A stretch of 64,000 nt of DNA, from NCBI RefSeq assembly GCF_964355755.1, contig NC_092672.1, forward strand, positions 7,130,001 through 7,194,000. Reading direction: 5' to 3'. The notes beneath the pieces were generated by a model, which was not told where the DNA came from, did no database searches, and saw only the letters and a list, made by a program, of their open reading frames with translations. The position numbers and the translations under genes are program-made. Shown piece by piece: positions 1-13,500 of this stretch (the stretch's first letter is position 1; each line of letters starts with the position of its first letter). The DNA comes from Antedon mediterranea. Lineage: Eukaryota > Animalia > Echinodermata.

Positions 1-208
1 ACAGTACAACATTTTTTGAATGATGTCAAAATATCATACGATCCCAAAAACGACGGTGTTAACGTTGAAATCTTAGAGCATCTTTTATGGGTCTAACTAA
101 GAAGTATAATACTGACATTTCACAGGTAGTTGAGTATGATTTTAATCGAATATCCTTCGAAAAAAAACAAAGTTTTTGCTGATTTTGTTCATGGTCATGG
201 TCATAATT

Positions 209-391
209 AAGGTTTATCGCAAATAGTTTGCGCGAAGCACTGTGGGAAGGATTTGGGAACAAACGTCACGATATCTACGTACGTGATTTGTTGCTTGTAT
301 GTATACGTAGTGACGTTTGCTCCCAAACCCTTCTCACCGTGCATTGTGCAATGACGTTCCTCACGAAATCAGGCTATTTGCGATAAACCTT
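209..391. mobile_element. Palindromic MITE-like element
   Basis: Long imperfect inverted arms: aaggtttatcgcaaatag ... ctatttgcgataaacctt, plus internal gggaacaaacgtcac / gtgacgtttgctccc. No ORF. Confidence 0.65.
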
Positions 392-1050
392 TTTGGCCTA
401 AAAAAGAAGGATTGTGAATCATATGTTTTTCCGGTATTTTCGCCTAACTTTGTTAATGTAATAATTAATCTGTGTATTTTGTGAATTATTTCTGGGTTTT
501 TTTAAAAATTAGATTGACGTTAGAAATCGTTTACAGCCTAACATAGTAACGACAACAACCAAGTTATAAATATTGTAAATGTAAATGTAATTAGTCGATG
601 CTGCTTTATTTTTCGCATATTGTTTAATGTCGACGACGAAGATAGATTAAACGAGTCATGGTACTATTTGTAGATTGAATTGTTAATGTATAATTTAATT
701 GTTGTTATTGTTAAACACTAATCGAATTTTTTTTTTTTAATGTGACAATCATTTACGTAGGCGTAAAAGTGTATTATAGATACATAACTTGTATTTTTAA
801 GGGAGGAGTTAGTTCACTTGTTATATTACGTACAGCCTGCAGCATTGTCTGCAGACGTAAAGATCGCTTCGATTCTTATGCATATTTATTAATGTCTTTA
901 TATAATACGTTTACAATAGTACAAAACAAATATGTATATTAGTTTAATTATTCAATCCTTTAGAAACAATATTGTTGCTCTATATAAATAGTAGACAATG
1001 ACACTGAATTTAAAGTCTCGTACAATATAGCTAGTGTATTTTGTTGTAAT

Positions 1051-1130
1051 AAACCGACACCGATTGTTTTGTAGCCGCACCATACATTAGAAACCGACAC
1101 CGATTGTTTTGTAGCCGCACCATACATTAG
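1051..1130 (+). repeat. Perfect 40-bp tandem duplication
   Basis: aaaccgacaccgattgttttgtagccgcaccatacattag occurs twice in tandem. Confidence 0.95.
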
Positions 1131-2319
1131 AAAGCGTGTATAATATAATTATCCTAGTTGTATTTACCCAGCTTCTGGGAATACTTATTATAACTACTGC
1201 ACGGTAAAGTACATCTCATGAATTATCGTATGTTAGGCTGAGGTGGTCTCGATGAACAAATTTGACTACGTCGTATGTTTTCAATTATTTCGTGGAATGG
1301 TTTGTGGCATAACATACATCGACGTTTACATGTTTTTCCGTGAATACATAAGTAATTCAAATCTCTGTACAATGCCGGTACAATAGAGAATAAAGTTGGA
1401 ATTTCCCTTTTCATTGTGTTGCTGTGTTGTTTCTAACAACGTCACTATAAAAACTCAAATCAAATCCGGGCCTAGAACCAGCAGAAAACAAGAAGAAAAG
1501 TAATATATGCCACGCGTAATGTTATTTGATTTATATTGGCTTAACTGGCAATTGAAATAGACTAAGCAAGATTTCTCTGGTTGGTAACGTTGCTACCAAG
1601 GTAAGCGTTTTCGATTGTTAACCCCGAGACCGAGTTTGCTTTAACCGACTAAACCTGTTCCACGATAAAAGCCTCATCGTCAAAAATCTCATATTCCAAA
1701 TTAATTTTTTATTTTTTGACTCATTTAAAAAAAAACACTTTGTGTTTTGTATGTAACATTAATGTTGATGGAAGTTACAAAGAGGAACAATTTATATTTA
1801 TATACAACAATACATTCTTTATCCACTCAACAACGAAATATTTTGTTCATGTTTTATAGGCCTATAAATAATATACCACTAATAAATTTAATACTTTGTT
1901 AAAACTGTCACTGTCATAGTCGATTGAAATAGTAAAGTACATGTGACGATACACCACTACGACGTTTATATTTTGTTGTAATTATTAATTAATACAAACG
2001 TTGAGAAGCAACTGTTAGTAATATAGTTTATTTGTATACTATGTGTTTATGATCTAACAGTAGGGCCTCCCACACCCACAGTAATACAGTTTAGTATATG
2101 TTTATATTATATCTAACAGTAGGCCTACCAAACACTCACCTCACAGTAAGAAATTTGCGATTCAAATGGAGACCAAAAGTGGTTAATATGTATTTACAGT
2201 ATTGTATAGTATTGCAATACTATATATTAAGGTTTTAAGTTTATTCTGTAAGGGCCCATACATTTACCTACTTGTGTTAAACCATGGAAAGATACCTCCA
2301 TGTTTAAATAATTAGGAAT

Positions 2320-2757
2320 GTTCAATTCATCGCAAATCAATACAGTCGTATATTAAATCAATCAAAATAGTATTATTTAAAGAAAATCGGCCTGTTTTTA
2401 ACATTATGATGCTGTATTCGAGCTGTTCAGTCGCTTTTCAGCCATTAAAAACAATTATCGTATGAGGAGATAGGGAAATGCGAAGCATCCTCGTATTATT
2501 GTGTGCGGGTATTTTCAAGATTGACATCCATTAGACAGTGTATACCACAATCGGTTTGGGGCGAATCGTTAAAACTAAATTCGTTTCAATTGTCAATAAC
2601 TAATTATCGAACTTAATTTAATTAGTAAACAGGGTTACATCATGTGGTTAAAATCAGTATCGAGATTCTAACCAACTTTATATACCATCGAGTAAACATT
2701 CTAGAAATAACGCGCGATTTACCGAATTTTGACCTTACGTAAATGTATATATAGATT
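2320..2757 (-). repeat. Dispersed ~430-bp repeat, copy 1 (possible non-autonomous Helitron-like element)
   Basis: Reverse complement aligns by eye with 43990-44455 (e.g. aatacccgcacacaataatacgaggatgc). One end reads TCTATATA, a Helitron-like 5' end; the class assignment is weak. Confidence 0.7.
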
Positions 2758-2919
2758 ATTATTATTTAATAATTTAATATTAATATATTCTATTTTCAGG
2801 ATAGTTGTTTCATTGTTTAAAAAAATAAACAGGATACAACTTGTTTGGTGAATACAACCTATCATGACTTATATGGTTATTCAATTTGCATATTAGGCCT
2901 ATAATAGGTTTTTAACGTC

Positions 2920-3026
2920 TAAAGCTCTGTCTACACTATCAAAAAAAGTTTAATAAAAAGTCCATGTCCATATATGGGCACATCACATTTTTTTGTCATA
3001 TAAAGTCTTATAGTGTAGACAAAGCA
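2920..3026. mobile_element. MITE family X, copy 1 (degenerate)
   Basis: TIRs aaagctctgtctacactatc ... atagtgtagacaaagc. Related copies at 50642-51080 and 59618-59751. Confidence 0.7.
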
Positions 3027-4260
3027 TAATGTGTGTGTATTGATGTAAATTTACAAAACTAGATGGTACGCTCGCATCGCTCGAGTACAATCTAGGTTGT
3101 GCCCACAGATGGTTCTCGAATACACATAGTAAATTCAGCGTAAAAAAACTGGCGATTTCAAAATGTATGTACCACAGGACTATAAATACATGTTTACAGG
3201 AACGAATAAAAGTTGATTCGTATGTAGTCAACTAAAATTAGCACTCTGGGAATTACTTCCGAAGAGAAACTTGTCACAAAATGATTAAAATTTAAACAAA
3301 CCGAACCTGTGTTTTGTAAAGGATGGGGATTGGTGCTTTTATCCTCTAAGTAACGAAATATTATGATGATGATGATGACAATTTAACAAGCATTTTGATA
3401 ATTGTTACTGTATTTTATCACTTCTTGATATTGATTGTGTTATGTTTTTCATATTCAGGGAGAAATTATTTTATTAGGCCTATACCTGTTACCATTCGTT
3501 AAAAAATTAAACACCTCCCTTGAAAAAACCATGAAAATACAAATAATGTATATATCGTTTTTGAACATAATACCGCTCGCGTATCACATAACGGTGTTCG
3601 AAATGCCATGAAACCTGATATGGATATTGATTGAACGTCAAATATCTGTTGATGAGAGGTTTTCATTATTATTTGCTGAGCCTAGTGGAACAGCGGTGTA
3701 CTTGTTTAGATTATCATTTGTGTGTTAAACTAATGGATTTGCCGGGTGAATGTAAATGGCATATTTCAATCATTGTTTAATTCAAAGCCCAAGTTAACTA
3801 ATATAATACCCAGGATGTGCTAAGCCAACCGTGGAATATTTTTTACATTTTTCATTGCCTTTCCTCGATTAAACACAATTTCTACCACACACTATTCAAA
3901 AAATGTATTATTACTAAATACTGTAATATAATCATCTAATCCTTAACTAAATGAGCATGCGTGAGTTTTCGACTTGCGTGTGTTCAGTACCTTTGCATAA
4001 AAGAAATTCTCCATGGTATAACAATTCTCCGATACATTTCATAATAATACCTGTTTCAAAAAGAAAATAGTCAATGCTAAGCTTCATTATTCATCACAAC
4101 CACTAGCCCATGCAATAACCTTAAATAAAAATACAGTATTGTTTACAAAGGAAACTGGTATTTTGTTTTTGTATTATTATAGTTCAGGAGACGTGCATCG
4201 TCATTAGGTTATATGCATGATATGCATATAACCTCTTGATTCTGTCAGAATCTTTATTTA

Positions 4261-5738
4261 TTAGGTTATATGCATTATCATGCATATAACCTCTTGATTC
4301 TGTCAAAATCTTTATTTATTTATTTATTTATTCTTTCCTTAGCACTATTTTGTCCGTGAATTATCTTGATATCAGTTTCATCTATCTAAGTCAATTTTTC
4401 AGAGTATATTCCTTATGGCCAGGAATCGATGTGGTTATATTTTCACGATGCGTAATCAAAAATTACGCGGTCTACGCCCGATTTTACGAAATCACGTTTG
4501 TAATCATATCTTCACAAGCATGAATCACAATTAAACAAAATTTGGTACTCATAAATTTCAGGTCATATTTTATCATATGGCAATACAATTACGTGCGTAG
4601 CGCATATAACGCTTGCGTACGCGCGCTTAAAATGTTCAAAATTGTCAAAATTTATTTTCGATGAAATTAGAGTATGTTTCAGGCAATTTTAAGCGTTTAA
4701 AAAATTGCCATGAGTGCGCAGATTTTTGCACGCGCACTGCGCGTTATACGTTAATGCGCACTCTTTTTGTCCGATCTCGGTTGTACAACCTTTCTTTAAT
4801 AATATCATCATATTTTATTCACTTTTCAACGCGTAATTGCCTTATACGAGCACGTCAAAAGTGACAGGCTACGCACGTGTAAGTTAACAAAATGGTGAAA
4901 ATATGCTAAATTTTTAAATTAATATAGATCGTCAGAATGCTCGGGAACACATATTTTTTATTTCATTTTCTTGAAGTGTATGTATCTTATGTACGATTTA
5001 TTATTAAACTAAGAAAACAAAAGTTGATTAAGCCATAATTAATTGCATATTAAATTTAAAAAAAATAATTTCGACAATCAAACAAATTATGACATTTTCT
5101 TAGGCCAAAATAACAAACTTAACATTAACTTTCTTCCTTCAAAAGTTCATATATTAAAGTTAAAAGTATATAGTTTGACAGTGCATCATTTTTGTACATT
5201 TTTAGAGATGTCATCATAGTAAAAAATTATAATTCATTGCGGTATGTAATAATCTATCTGCACCAAAGTGGTTACTGCATAGTAAATACACGGAGGAAGT
5301 TTTTCTACAATTTTTAGTCAGTTGTGTATGGCTCGGTGGTGTGTGCTCGTGTCTATGGCCCTCAAGGTACCGAGATCGAGTCTCACCTTGGGAAACGAAA
5401 TAAGATTTTTTTATTTATTATCCGTATTGTTTGTTCAAATTTATTTCTTAGTGTATATATTATACACATGATTTATAATGAAATCTAGATAAAAAATAAC
5501 TTATGTCTTTATTATTATGTAACAGCAAATGTGGTTTATGACATTATACGCAGAGGGATCTTTGATCGGATTGTAATACCGGCTATTGTATTCGCGTTAG
5601 CAAGGTCCTATCATATATTATAAATAATTAAAGAATCTGAGAAAATCAATGAATCAAAATATCTTTTAAAAATCAATTATCTTTATTTAAATCAATGCAT
5701 ATAACCTATAATTCGTCATAGTGACGAATTAAATCTAG
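4261..5738 (+). mobile_element. Helentron-like family A, complete unit (head H2 + body A1)
   Basis: Head palindrome ggttatatgcattatcatgcatataacc, (TTTA)n tract, 1.4-kb body, 3' subTIR-hairpin-CTAG. Confidence 0.8.
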
Positions 5739-5860
5739 TTTATTAGGTTATATGCATGATATGCATATAACCTCTTGATTCTGTCAAAATCTTTATTTAT
5801 TAGGTTATATGCATGATATGCATATAACCTCTTGATTCTGTCAAAATCTTTATTTATTTA

Positions 5861-7479
5861 TTGGTTATCCGCCTCAAGCGGATAACCTTTGTTATTGTAG
5901 TGTTACTTTTTTTTTTTATTATTCTTCTTTCTTTCTCCGATTTTGTGTACGCGTTTTCTCTTGAACGTGTTAACATAACATTTTGTAACTTGGTCAACAT
6001 ATAGACAATTAACTGAAGATGTACTGCGAAGCTTTTTGACAATGTCAGATCCGCGTAGCGTAAGTTACGCGCGATTTTCTGAAAATCTTAAATCGGTCAT
6101 AACTTCGAAACCGATAAATATTTTTTAACGAAATTTTCAGCCACGTTTTCTTCACATCAATGGCTAACTTTTTCGCTCTTCAGCAAATTTTTGAACACTA
6201 GAAAGTCTGCGCGTAAACTGCGTTTGAAATTTTAAAATGCTCCTAATTTGTGCACGCTGTTTCTCTGTAACGCGTTAACATAACATTTTGTAACTTGTTC
6301 AACATATAGACATTTTACTGAAGTTGTCCAGCCAAGCTTTTTGACGATGTCAGAGCCGCGTAGCGTAAGTTACGCGTGATTTTCTGAAAATCTTAAATTG
6401 GTTATAACTTCGAAACAAATGAATATTTTTTAACGTCATTTTCAGCCACGTTTGCTTCACATCAATAGTTAACTTTTTTAACGCTATCGCAATTTGTAAC
6501 ATTAGAAAGTGCGCGCGTAAATGGCGTTTGAAATTTTAAAATGCTTCAAATCAATTTCTGATTAAATTAGAGCACGATTCAGGTCATTTTAAGCGTTTAA
6601 AAAATTGCCACTGGTGCGCACATTTTTACGCGCGCACGGCGCAGGGAACAGGTATGAGCATTTCTTTTACACGATTTGTGTTTTTAAATCTTCTGTTAAC
6701 AATTTTACGTTATTTTATTCACTTTTCAACTTGAAATGGCGTTCTACGAGCACGTTAAACATGACAGGTTGCGCACGAAAACGTCAACAAATTGTGAAAA
6801 TGTTCCAAAATATGTCTACTTTTAAAAATGACACAGTTCATCAGAATGCAAGGTTACCCCCATTTTTTATTTTAATTTCTTGCAGTGTATGAATCATAGG
6901 TCTGATTTATTATAGTGTTGAATGCTAAAACGTGTTTGATGGCTACATTATTTGCATATTAAATATAATTTTTGAAATATTTATCATCAAACAAACATAA
7001 ACTTATTCAAAGAGCAAAACAATAAACATAACATTTATCTTTTTTCTTTACATGTTAATATATAAAACTTGAAAGTATGTACTTTCATAAAATATCAGCG
7101 TTTAAAATTTTTGAAGATTTCATCATAGTAAAATTTATGATTTAAGTTTGATATGTAATAATCAACTTGCATCGAGGGGGTTCACGACATACCGAATGAA
7201 CGAGGACTCTTTCTTCGGATTTTCGTCAGCAGGTGGTCATATGGCTCGATGTGTAATGCAACCGACTTTGGTATCAGAGGTACCGGGTTCGAGTCCCGTC
7301 ACGGGAAAACAATTAATTAAAAGGGTTTAGTTGGTTATTACACTGAGAGGGCAGTTTTAATTTTGAATAGCCTACTTTTTTTGGAAAAGTCATAACTTGG
7401 AAGTACTTGAATACGCAAGATACGCTTTGTTGCTGGCGGATAACCAAACTCGTCCTCAAGTGACGAGTTTAAGTTCTAG
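5861..7479 (+). mobile_element. Helentron-like family B, complete unit with internal ~300-bp tandem duplication
   Basis: Head ggttatccgcctcaagcggataacc; tail ggcggataaccaaactcgtcctcaagtgacgagtttaagttctag. 5945-6245 is repeated at 6250-6545. Confidence 0.8.
7233..7305 (+). pseudogene. tRNA-derived segment (Pol III A/B boxes) inside family B; homologous segment in every family A body (e.g. 5323-5392)
   Basis: A-box-like tggctcgatgtg, B box ggttcgagtcc, T-arm cggg-ttcgagt-cccg. Acceptor stem does not pair. Confidence 0.6.
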
Positions 7480-10400
7480 TTCTTCTTCTTTCTTTCTGTA
7501 TGATTTTTGTGTAACGCTTTTCTCCAAAACTCGCAAACATAACATTTCGGTAACTATGTTAACATTTTGACATTTATGTAACGTCGTCAGGCGAAGCTTT
7601 TCATGATGTTTACAATTGCGCAACGTGACGTACGCGCGATTTAACGATTTTCTCGTATTTAACATATGTCTACAACCAAATAACATTTCAACTTGAAACT
7701 TTGCAAAAGTTTAATTTATATCATGCGCTAACTTTCTGTTGAAAAAAAATTGCGTGTTTTACATAAAGTTACGCGCGCACGCGCATTTAAAATTTCAAAA
7801 TGCGCAAAATTAATTTATAATCAACTTTCTACGCGTTTCATGTCGTTTTAAGCATGTCAAAAATTCCCACGCTTGCGCACATTTTTACGTGTGCGGTGCG
7901 CACGTAGCATTGAAAACGTATTTTTTTCGCGTGATTTATGTTTTTCCAGCCTTTTCTAGTAATTTTACCAAATTTTAAACAATTTCGACTTAAAGATACG
8001 TCATACGAGCACGTCCAATTGGACAATTTGCGCGCGTTTTTTATGAAAAGGTTAAAAAATTCGTTTAAAATATGTCTTTTTTTAAACAGTCGTAATTTCT
8101 AAACTAGACGGTCAAATTTTTGTGGATGACATATTCTGGAAGTAGATGAGTTGTAGATATCGGATCAGGTATTAATATGGCTAACCGGACATTGTGACGT
8201 CATCGTATGGCCACACGAACATAAAATTTAGGATTTTTGTATCTTTCGTCATAGCTCATCACATTGAATAGAGCGCATCTCGACTTATCCGTTTTCCATT
8301 TTCCCCCCGATTTTGATAATGTCTAGGTCAATCAACTGTCTTTCGCATGAGTTAAAAATAATTTAATTTTTTTGACGTCATCATGCCTAAAAATTTAAAT
8401 CACGTGTGGCATCAATTTCATCTTTACAGACAATTTTAATCTGTTATAGCTCGTAAGAATAAAATGTGATAATCACGATTAAAACTTTTTCTGTAAGCTA
8501 TTGGATTGTAGATACGAAATTATGTAAAAATGTTGCCAATCGGATGTTGTGACGTCATCATATGGCCAGTTAAATGAAAAAGGTCGTATTTTCATCTTTT
8601 GCGTCATAATTCATTACATTTAAAAGAGCGCGCATCAATATTTCACGTATTCAAATTTCTTCTACACGCTAATACGTTGTTGCTGAGATAATTTCCTTTC
8701 GGAATTGCTACCTTCGCGTTTCATTTTAAAACCGTCAACATGTTAAAAATTGCAATAAATAGCGGGTCCCGTAATTTCACCTATTCTACACTGTATGTGA
8801 TATGGATACAGGTTATACTGTGTATACTATATATGAATATAAATAATAAAATTCAGCAATAACAACATATCATATTCTTCAGTTCAGGTCATAATGCCAT
8901 AGTGAACACTTCCTTTTGTCCTCAACCTATCCCCTTAAGTTAATGTTGCACCACTTGCGCTGCGGATAACCAAACTCGTCAAAGTGACGAGTTACATGTC
9001 TAGTTGGTTATCCGCAACGAAGTTGCAGGATAACCTCTTGTGATTGTACGAAATCATTCTGTATGATTTTTGTGTAACGCTTTTCTCTAAAACTCGCAAA
9101 CATAACATTTCGGTAACTATCTTAACATATTGACATTTACGTAACGTCGTCAAGCGAAGCTTTTCATGACGTTTACAATTGCGCAACGTGACTTACGCGC
9201 GATTTAACGATTTTGTCGTATTTAACATAGCTCGACAACCAAATAACATTTCAACTTGAAACTTTGCAAAAGTTTAATTTATATCATGCGCTAACTTTCT
9301 GTTGAAAAAAAATTCCGTGTTTTACACAAAGTTACGCGCGCACGCGCATTTAAAATTTCAAAATGCGCAAAATTAATTTCTAATCAACTTTCTACGCGTT
9401 TCATGTCGTTTTAAGCATGTCAAAAATTCCCACGCGTGCGCATATTTTTACGTGTGCGGTGCGCACGTAGCATTGAAAACGTATTTTTTTCACGTGATTT
9501 ATGTTTTTCCAGCCTTTTCTAGTAATTTTACAAAATTTTAAACAATTTCGACTTAAAGATACGTCATACGAGCACGTCGAATTGGACAATTTGCGCGCGT
9601 TTTTTATGAAAAGGTTAAAAAATTTGTTTAAAATATGCCTTTTTTAAAACAGTCGTAATTTCTAAACTAGACGGTCAAATTTTTGTGGATGACATATTCT
9701 AGAAGTAGATGAGTTGTAGATGTCGGATCAGGTACTAATATGGCTAACCGGACATTGTGACGTCATCGTATGGCCACGCGAATATAAAATTTAGGATTTT
9801 TGTATCTTTCGTCATAGCTCATCACATTGAATAGAGCGCATCTCCACTTATCCGTTTTCCATTTTCACCCCGATTTTAATATTGTCTAGGTCAATCAAGT
9901 ATCTTTCGCATGAGTTAAAAATATTTTAATTTTTTTGACGTCATCATGCCTAAAAATTTAAATCACGTGTGGCATTAATTTCATCTTTACAGTAAATTTT
10001 AATCTGTTATAGCTCGTAAGAATAAAATGTGATAATCACGATTAAAACTTTTTCTGGAAGCTATTGGATTGTAGATACAAAATTATGTAAAAATGTTGCC
10101 AATCGGATGTTGTGACGTCATCATATGGCCAGTAAAATAAAAAAGGTCGTATTTTCATCTTTTGCGTCATAATTCATTACATTTAAACGAGCGCGCATCA
10201 ATATTTCACGTATTCAAATTTCTTCTACACGCTAATACGTTGTTGCTGAGATAATTTCCTTTCGGAATTGCTACCTTCGCGTTTCATTTTAAAACCGTCA
10301 ACATGTTAAAAATTGCAATAAATAACGGGTCCCGTAATTTCGCCTATTCTATGTATGTCACTGTATGTGATATGGATACAGATTATACTGTGTATACTAT

Positions 10401-10574
10401 ATATGAATTTAAATAATAAAATTCAGCAATAACAACATATCATATTCTTCAGTTCAGGTCATAATGCCAACGTGAACACTTCCTTTTGTCCTCAACCTAT
10501 CCCCTTAATGTTAATGTTGCACCACTTGCGCGGCGGATAACCAAACTCGTCAAAGTGACGAGTTACATGTCTAG
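7480..10574 (+). mobile_element. Helentron-like family C, two tandem units (first lacks a head)
   Basis: Near-identical ~1.55-kb bodies 7480-9003 and 9004-10574. Head ggttatccgcaacgaagttgcaggataacc present only at 9006. Confidence 0.8.
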
Positions 10575-13500
10575 TTTATTTATTCTTTCCTTAGCACTAT
10601 TTTGTCCGTGCATTATCTTGGCATCAGTTTCATCTAGCTAAGTCAAGTTTTCAGAGTATATTCCTTATGGCCAGGAATCGATGTGGTTATATTTTCACGA
10701 TGCGTAATCAAAAATTACGCGGTCTACGCGCGATTTTACGAAATCACGTTTGTAATCATATCTTCACAAGCATGAATCACAATTAAACAAAATTTGGTAC
10801 TCATAAATTTCAGGTCATATTTCATCATATGGCAATTAAATTACGTGCGTAGCGCATATAACGCTTGCGTACGCGCGCTTAAAATGTTCAAAATTGTCAA
10901 AATTTATTTTCGATGAAATTAGAGTACGTTTCAGGCAATTTTAAGCGTTTAAAAAATTGCCATGAGTGCGCAGATTTTTGCACGCGCACTGCGCGTTAAA
11001 CGTTAATGCGCACTCTTTTTGCCCGATTTCTGTTTTACAATCTTTCTTTAATAATATCATCATATTTGATTCAGGTTTCAACTCGAAATTGCGTTATACG
11101 AGCACGTCAAAAGTGACTGGCTACGCACGTATAAGTTAACAAAATGGTGAAAATATGCTAAATTTTAAAATTAATATATATCGTCAGAATGCAGGGGAAC
11201 ACCTATTTTTTATTTCATTTTCTTGAAGTGTATGTATCATATGTATGATTTATTATCAAATTAAGAGAACAAAAGTTGATTAAGTCATCATTAATTGCAT
11301 ATTAAATTAAAAAAACATAATTTCGACAATCAAACAAATTATGACATTTTCTTAGGCCAAAATAACAAACTTAACATTAACTTTCTTCCTTCAAAAATTC
11401 ATATATTAAAGTTAAAAGTATGTAGTTTGACAGTGCATCATTTGTATACATTTTAAAGATGTCATCATAGTAAAAAATTATAATTCATTTCAGTATGTAA
11501 TAATCTATTTGCATCAAAGTGGTTACTGCATAGTAAATACACGGAGGAATTTTTCTACAACTTTTAGTCAGTTGTGTACGGCTCGGTGGTCTGTGCTCGT
11601 GTCTATGGCATTCAAGGTACCGAGATCGAGTCTCACCTTGGGAAACGAAATAAGATTTTTTTTTTATTATCCGTATTGTTTGTTCAAATTTATTTCTTAG
11701 TGTATAGATTATACACATGATTTATAATGAAATCTAGATAAAAATTTACTTATGTCTTTATTATTATGTAACAACAAATGTGGTTTATGACATTATACGC
11801 ATATGGATCTTTGATCGGATTGTGATACCGGCTATGGTGTTCGCGTTAGCAAGGTCCTATCATATATTATAAATAATTAAAGATTCTGAGAAAATCAATC
11901 AATCAATATATCTTTTAAAAATCAATTATCTTTATTTAAATCAATGCATATAACCTATAATTCGTCATAGTGACGAATTAAATCTAGTTTATTTATTTAT
12001 TCTTTCCTTAGCACTATTTTGTCCGTGAATTATCTTGATATCAGTTTCATCTATCTAAGTCAATTTTTCAGAGTATATTCCTTATGGCCAGGAATCGATG
12101 TGGTTATATTTTCACGATGCGTAATCAAAAATTACGCGGTCTACGTGCGATTTTACGAAATCACGTTTGTAATCATATCTTCACAAGCATGAATCACAAT
12201 TAAACAAAATTTGGTACTCATAAATTTCAGGTCATATTTCATCATATGGCAATACAATTACGTGCGTAGCGCATATAACGCTTGCGTACGCGCGCTTAAA
12301 ATGTTCAAAATTGTCAAAATTTATTTTCGATGAAATTAGAGTACGTTTCAGGCAATTTTAAGCGTTTAAAAAATTGCCATGAGTGCGCAGATTTTTGCAC
12401 GCGCACTGCGCGTTATACGTTAATGCGCACTCTTTTTGTCCGATTTCGGTTGTACAACCTTTCTTTAATAATATCATCATATTTTATTCACTTTTCAACG
12501 CGTAATTGCCTTATACGAGCACGTCAAAAGTGACAGGCTACGCACGTGTAAGTTAACAAAATGGTGAAAATATGCTAAATTTTAAAATTAATATAGATCG
12601 TCAGAATGCTCGGGAACACATATTTTTTATTTAATTTTCTTGAAGTGTATGTATCTTATGTATGATTTATTATTAAACTAAGGGAACAAAAGTTGATTAA
12701 GCCATAATTAATTGCATATTAAATTAAAAAAAATTCATTTCGACAATCAAACAAATTATGACATTTTCTTAGGCCAAAATAACAAACTTAACATTAACTT
12801 TCTTCCTTCAAAAGTTCATATATTAAAGTTAAAAGTATATAGTTTGACAGTGCATCATTTTTGTACATTTTTAGAGATGTCATCATAGTAAAAAATTATA
12901 ATTCATTGCGGTATGTAATAATCTATCTGCACCAAAGTGGTTACTGCATAGTAAATACACGGAGGAATTTTTCTACAATTTTTAGTCAGTTGTGTATAGC
13001 TCGGTGGTGTGTGCTCGTGTCTATGGCAATCAAGGTACCGAGATCGAGTCTCACCTTGGGAAACGAAATAAATTTTTTTTTTTATTATCCGTATTGTTTG
13101 TTCAAATTTATTTCTTAGTGTATATATTATACACATGATTTATAATGAAATCTAGATAAAAAATAACTTATGTCTTTATTATTATGTAACAGCAAATGTG
13201 GTTTATGACATTATACGCAGAGGGATCTTTGATCGGATTGTGATACCGGCTATTGTATTCGCGTTAGCAAGGTCCTATCATATATTATATATTATTTAAA
13301 GAATCTGAGAAAATCAATGAATCAAAATATCTTTTAAAAATAAATTATCTTTATTTTAATTATCAATGCATATAACCTATAATTCGTCATAGTGACGAAT
13401 TAAATCTAGTTTCTTTATTTATTCTTTCCTTAGCACTATTTTGTCCGTGAATTATCTTGATATCAGTTTCATCTATCTAAGTCAATTTTTCAGAGTATAT

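Noticed and set aside
1575-1610. X-box-like sequence plus strong splice donor (aag/gtaagc) as first exon of the GPCR
   Set aside because: No supporting ORF or pairing evidence, and a nearer donor at ~22000 is equally plausible; it cannot be assigned.
7233-7305. Functional tRNA gene
   Set aside because: Acceptor and anticodon stems do not pair properly; kept only as a tRNA-derived segment.
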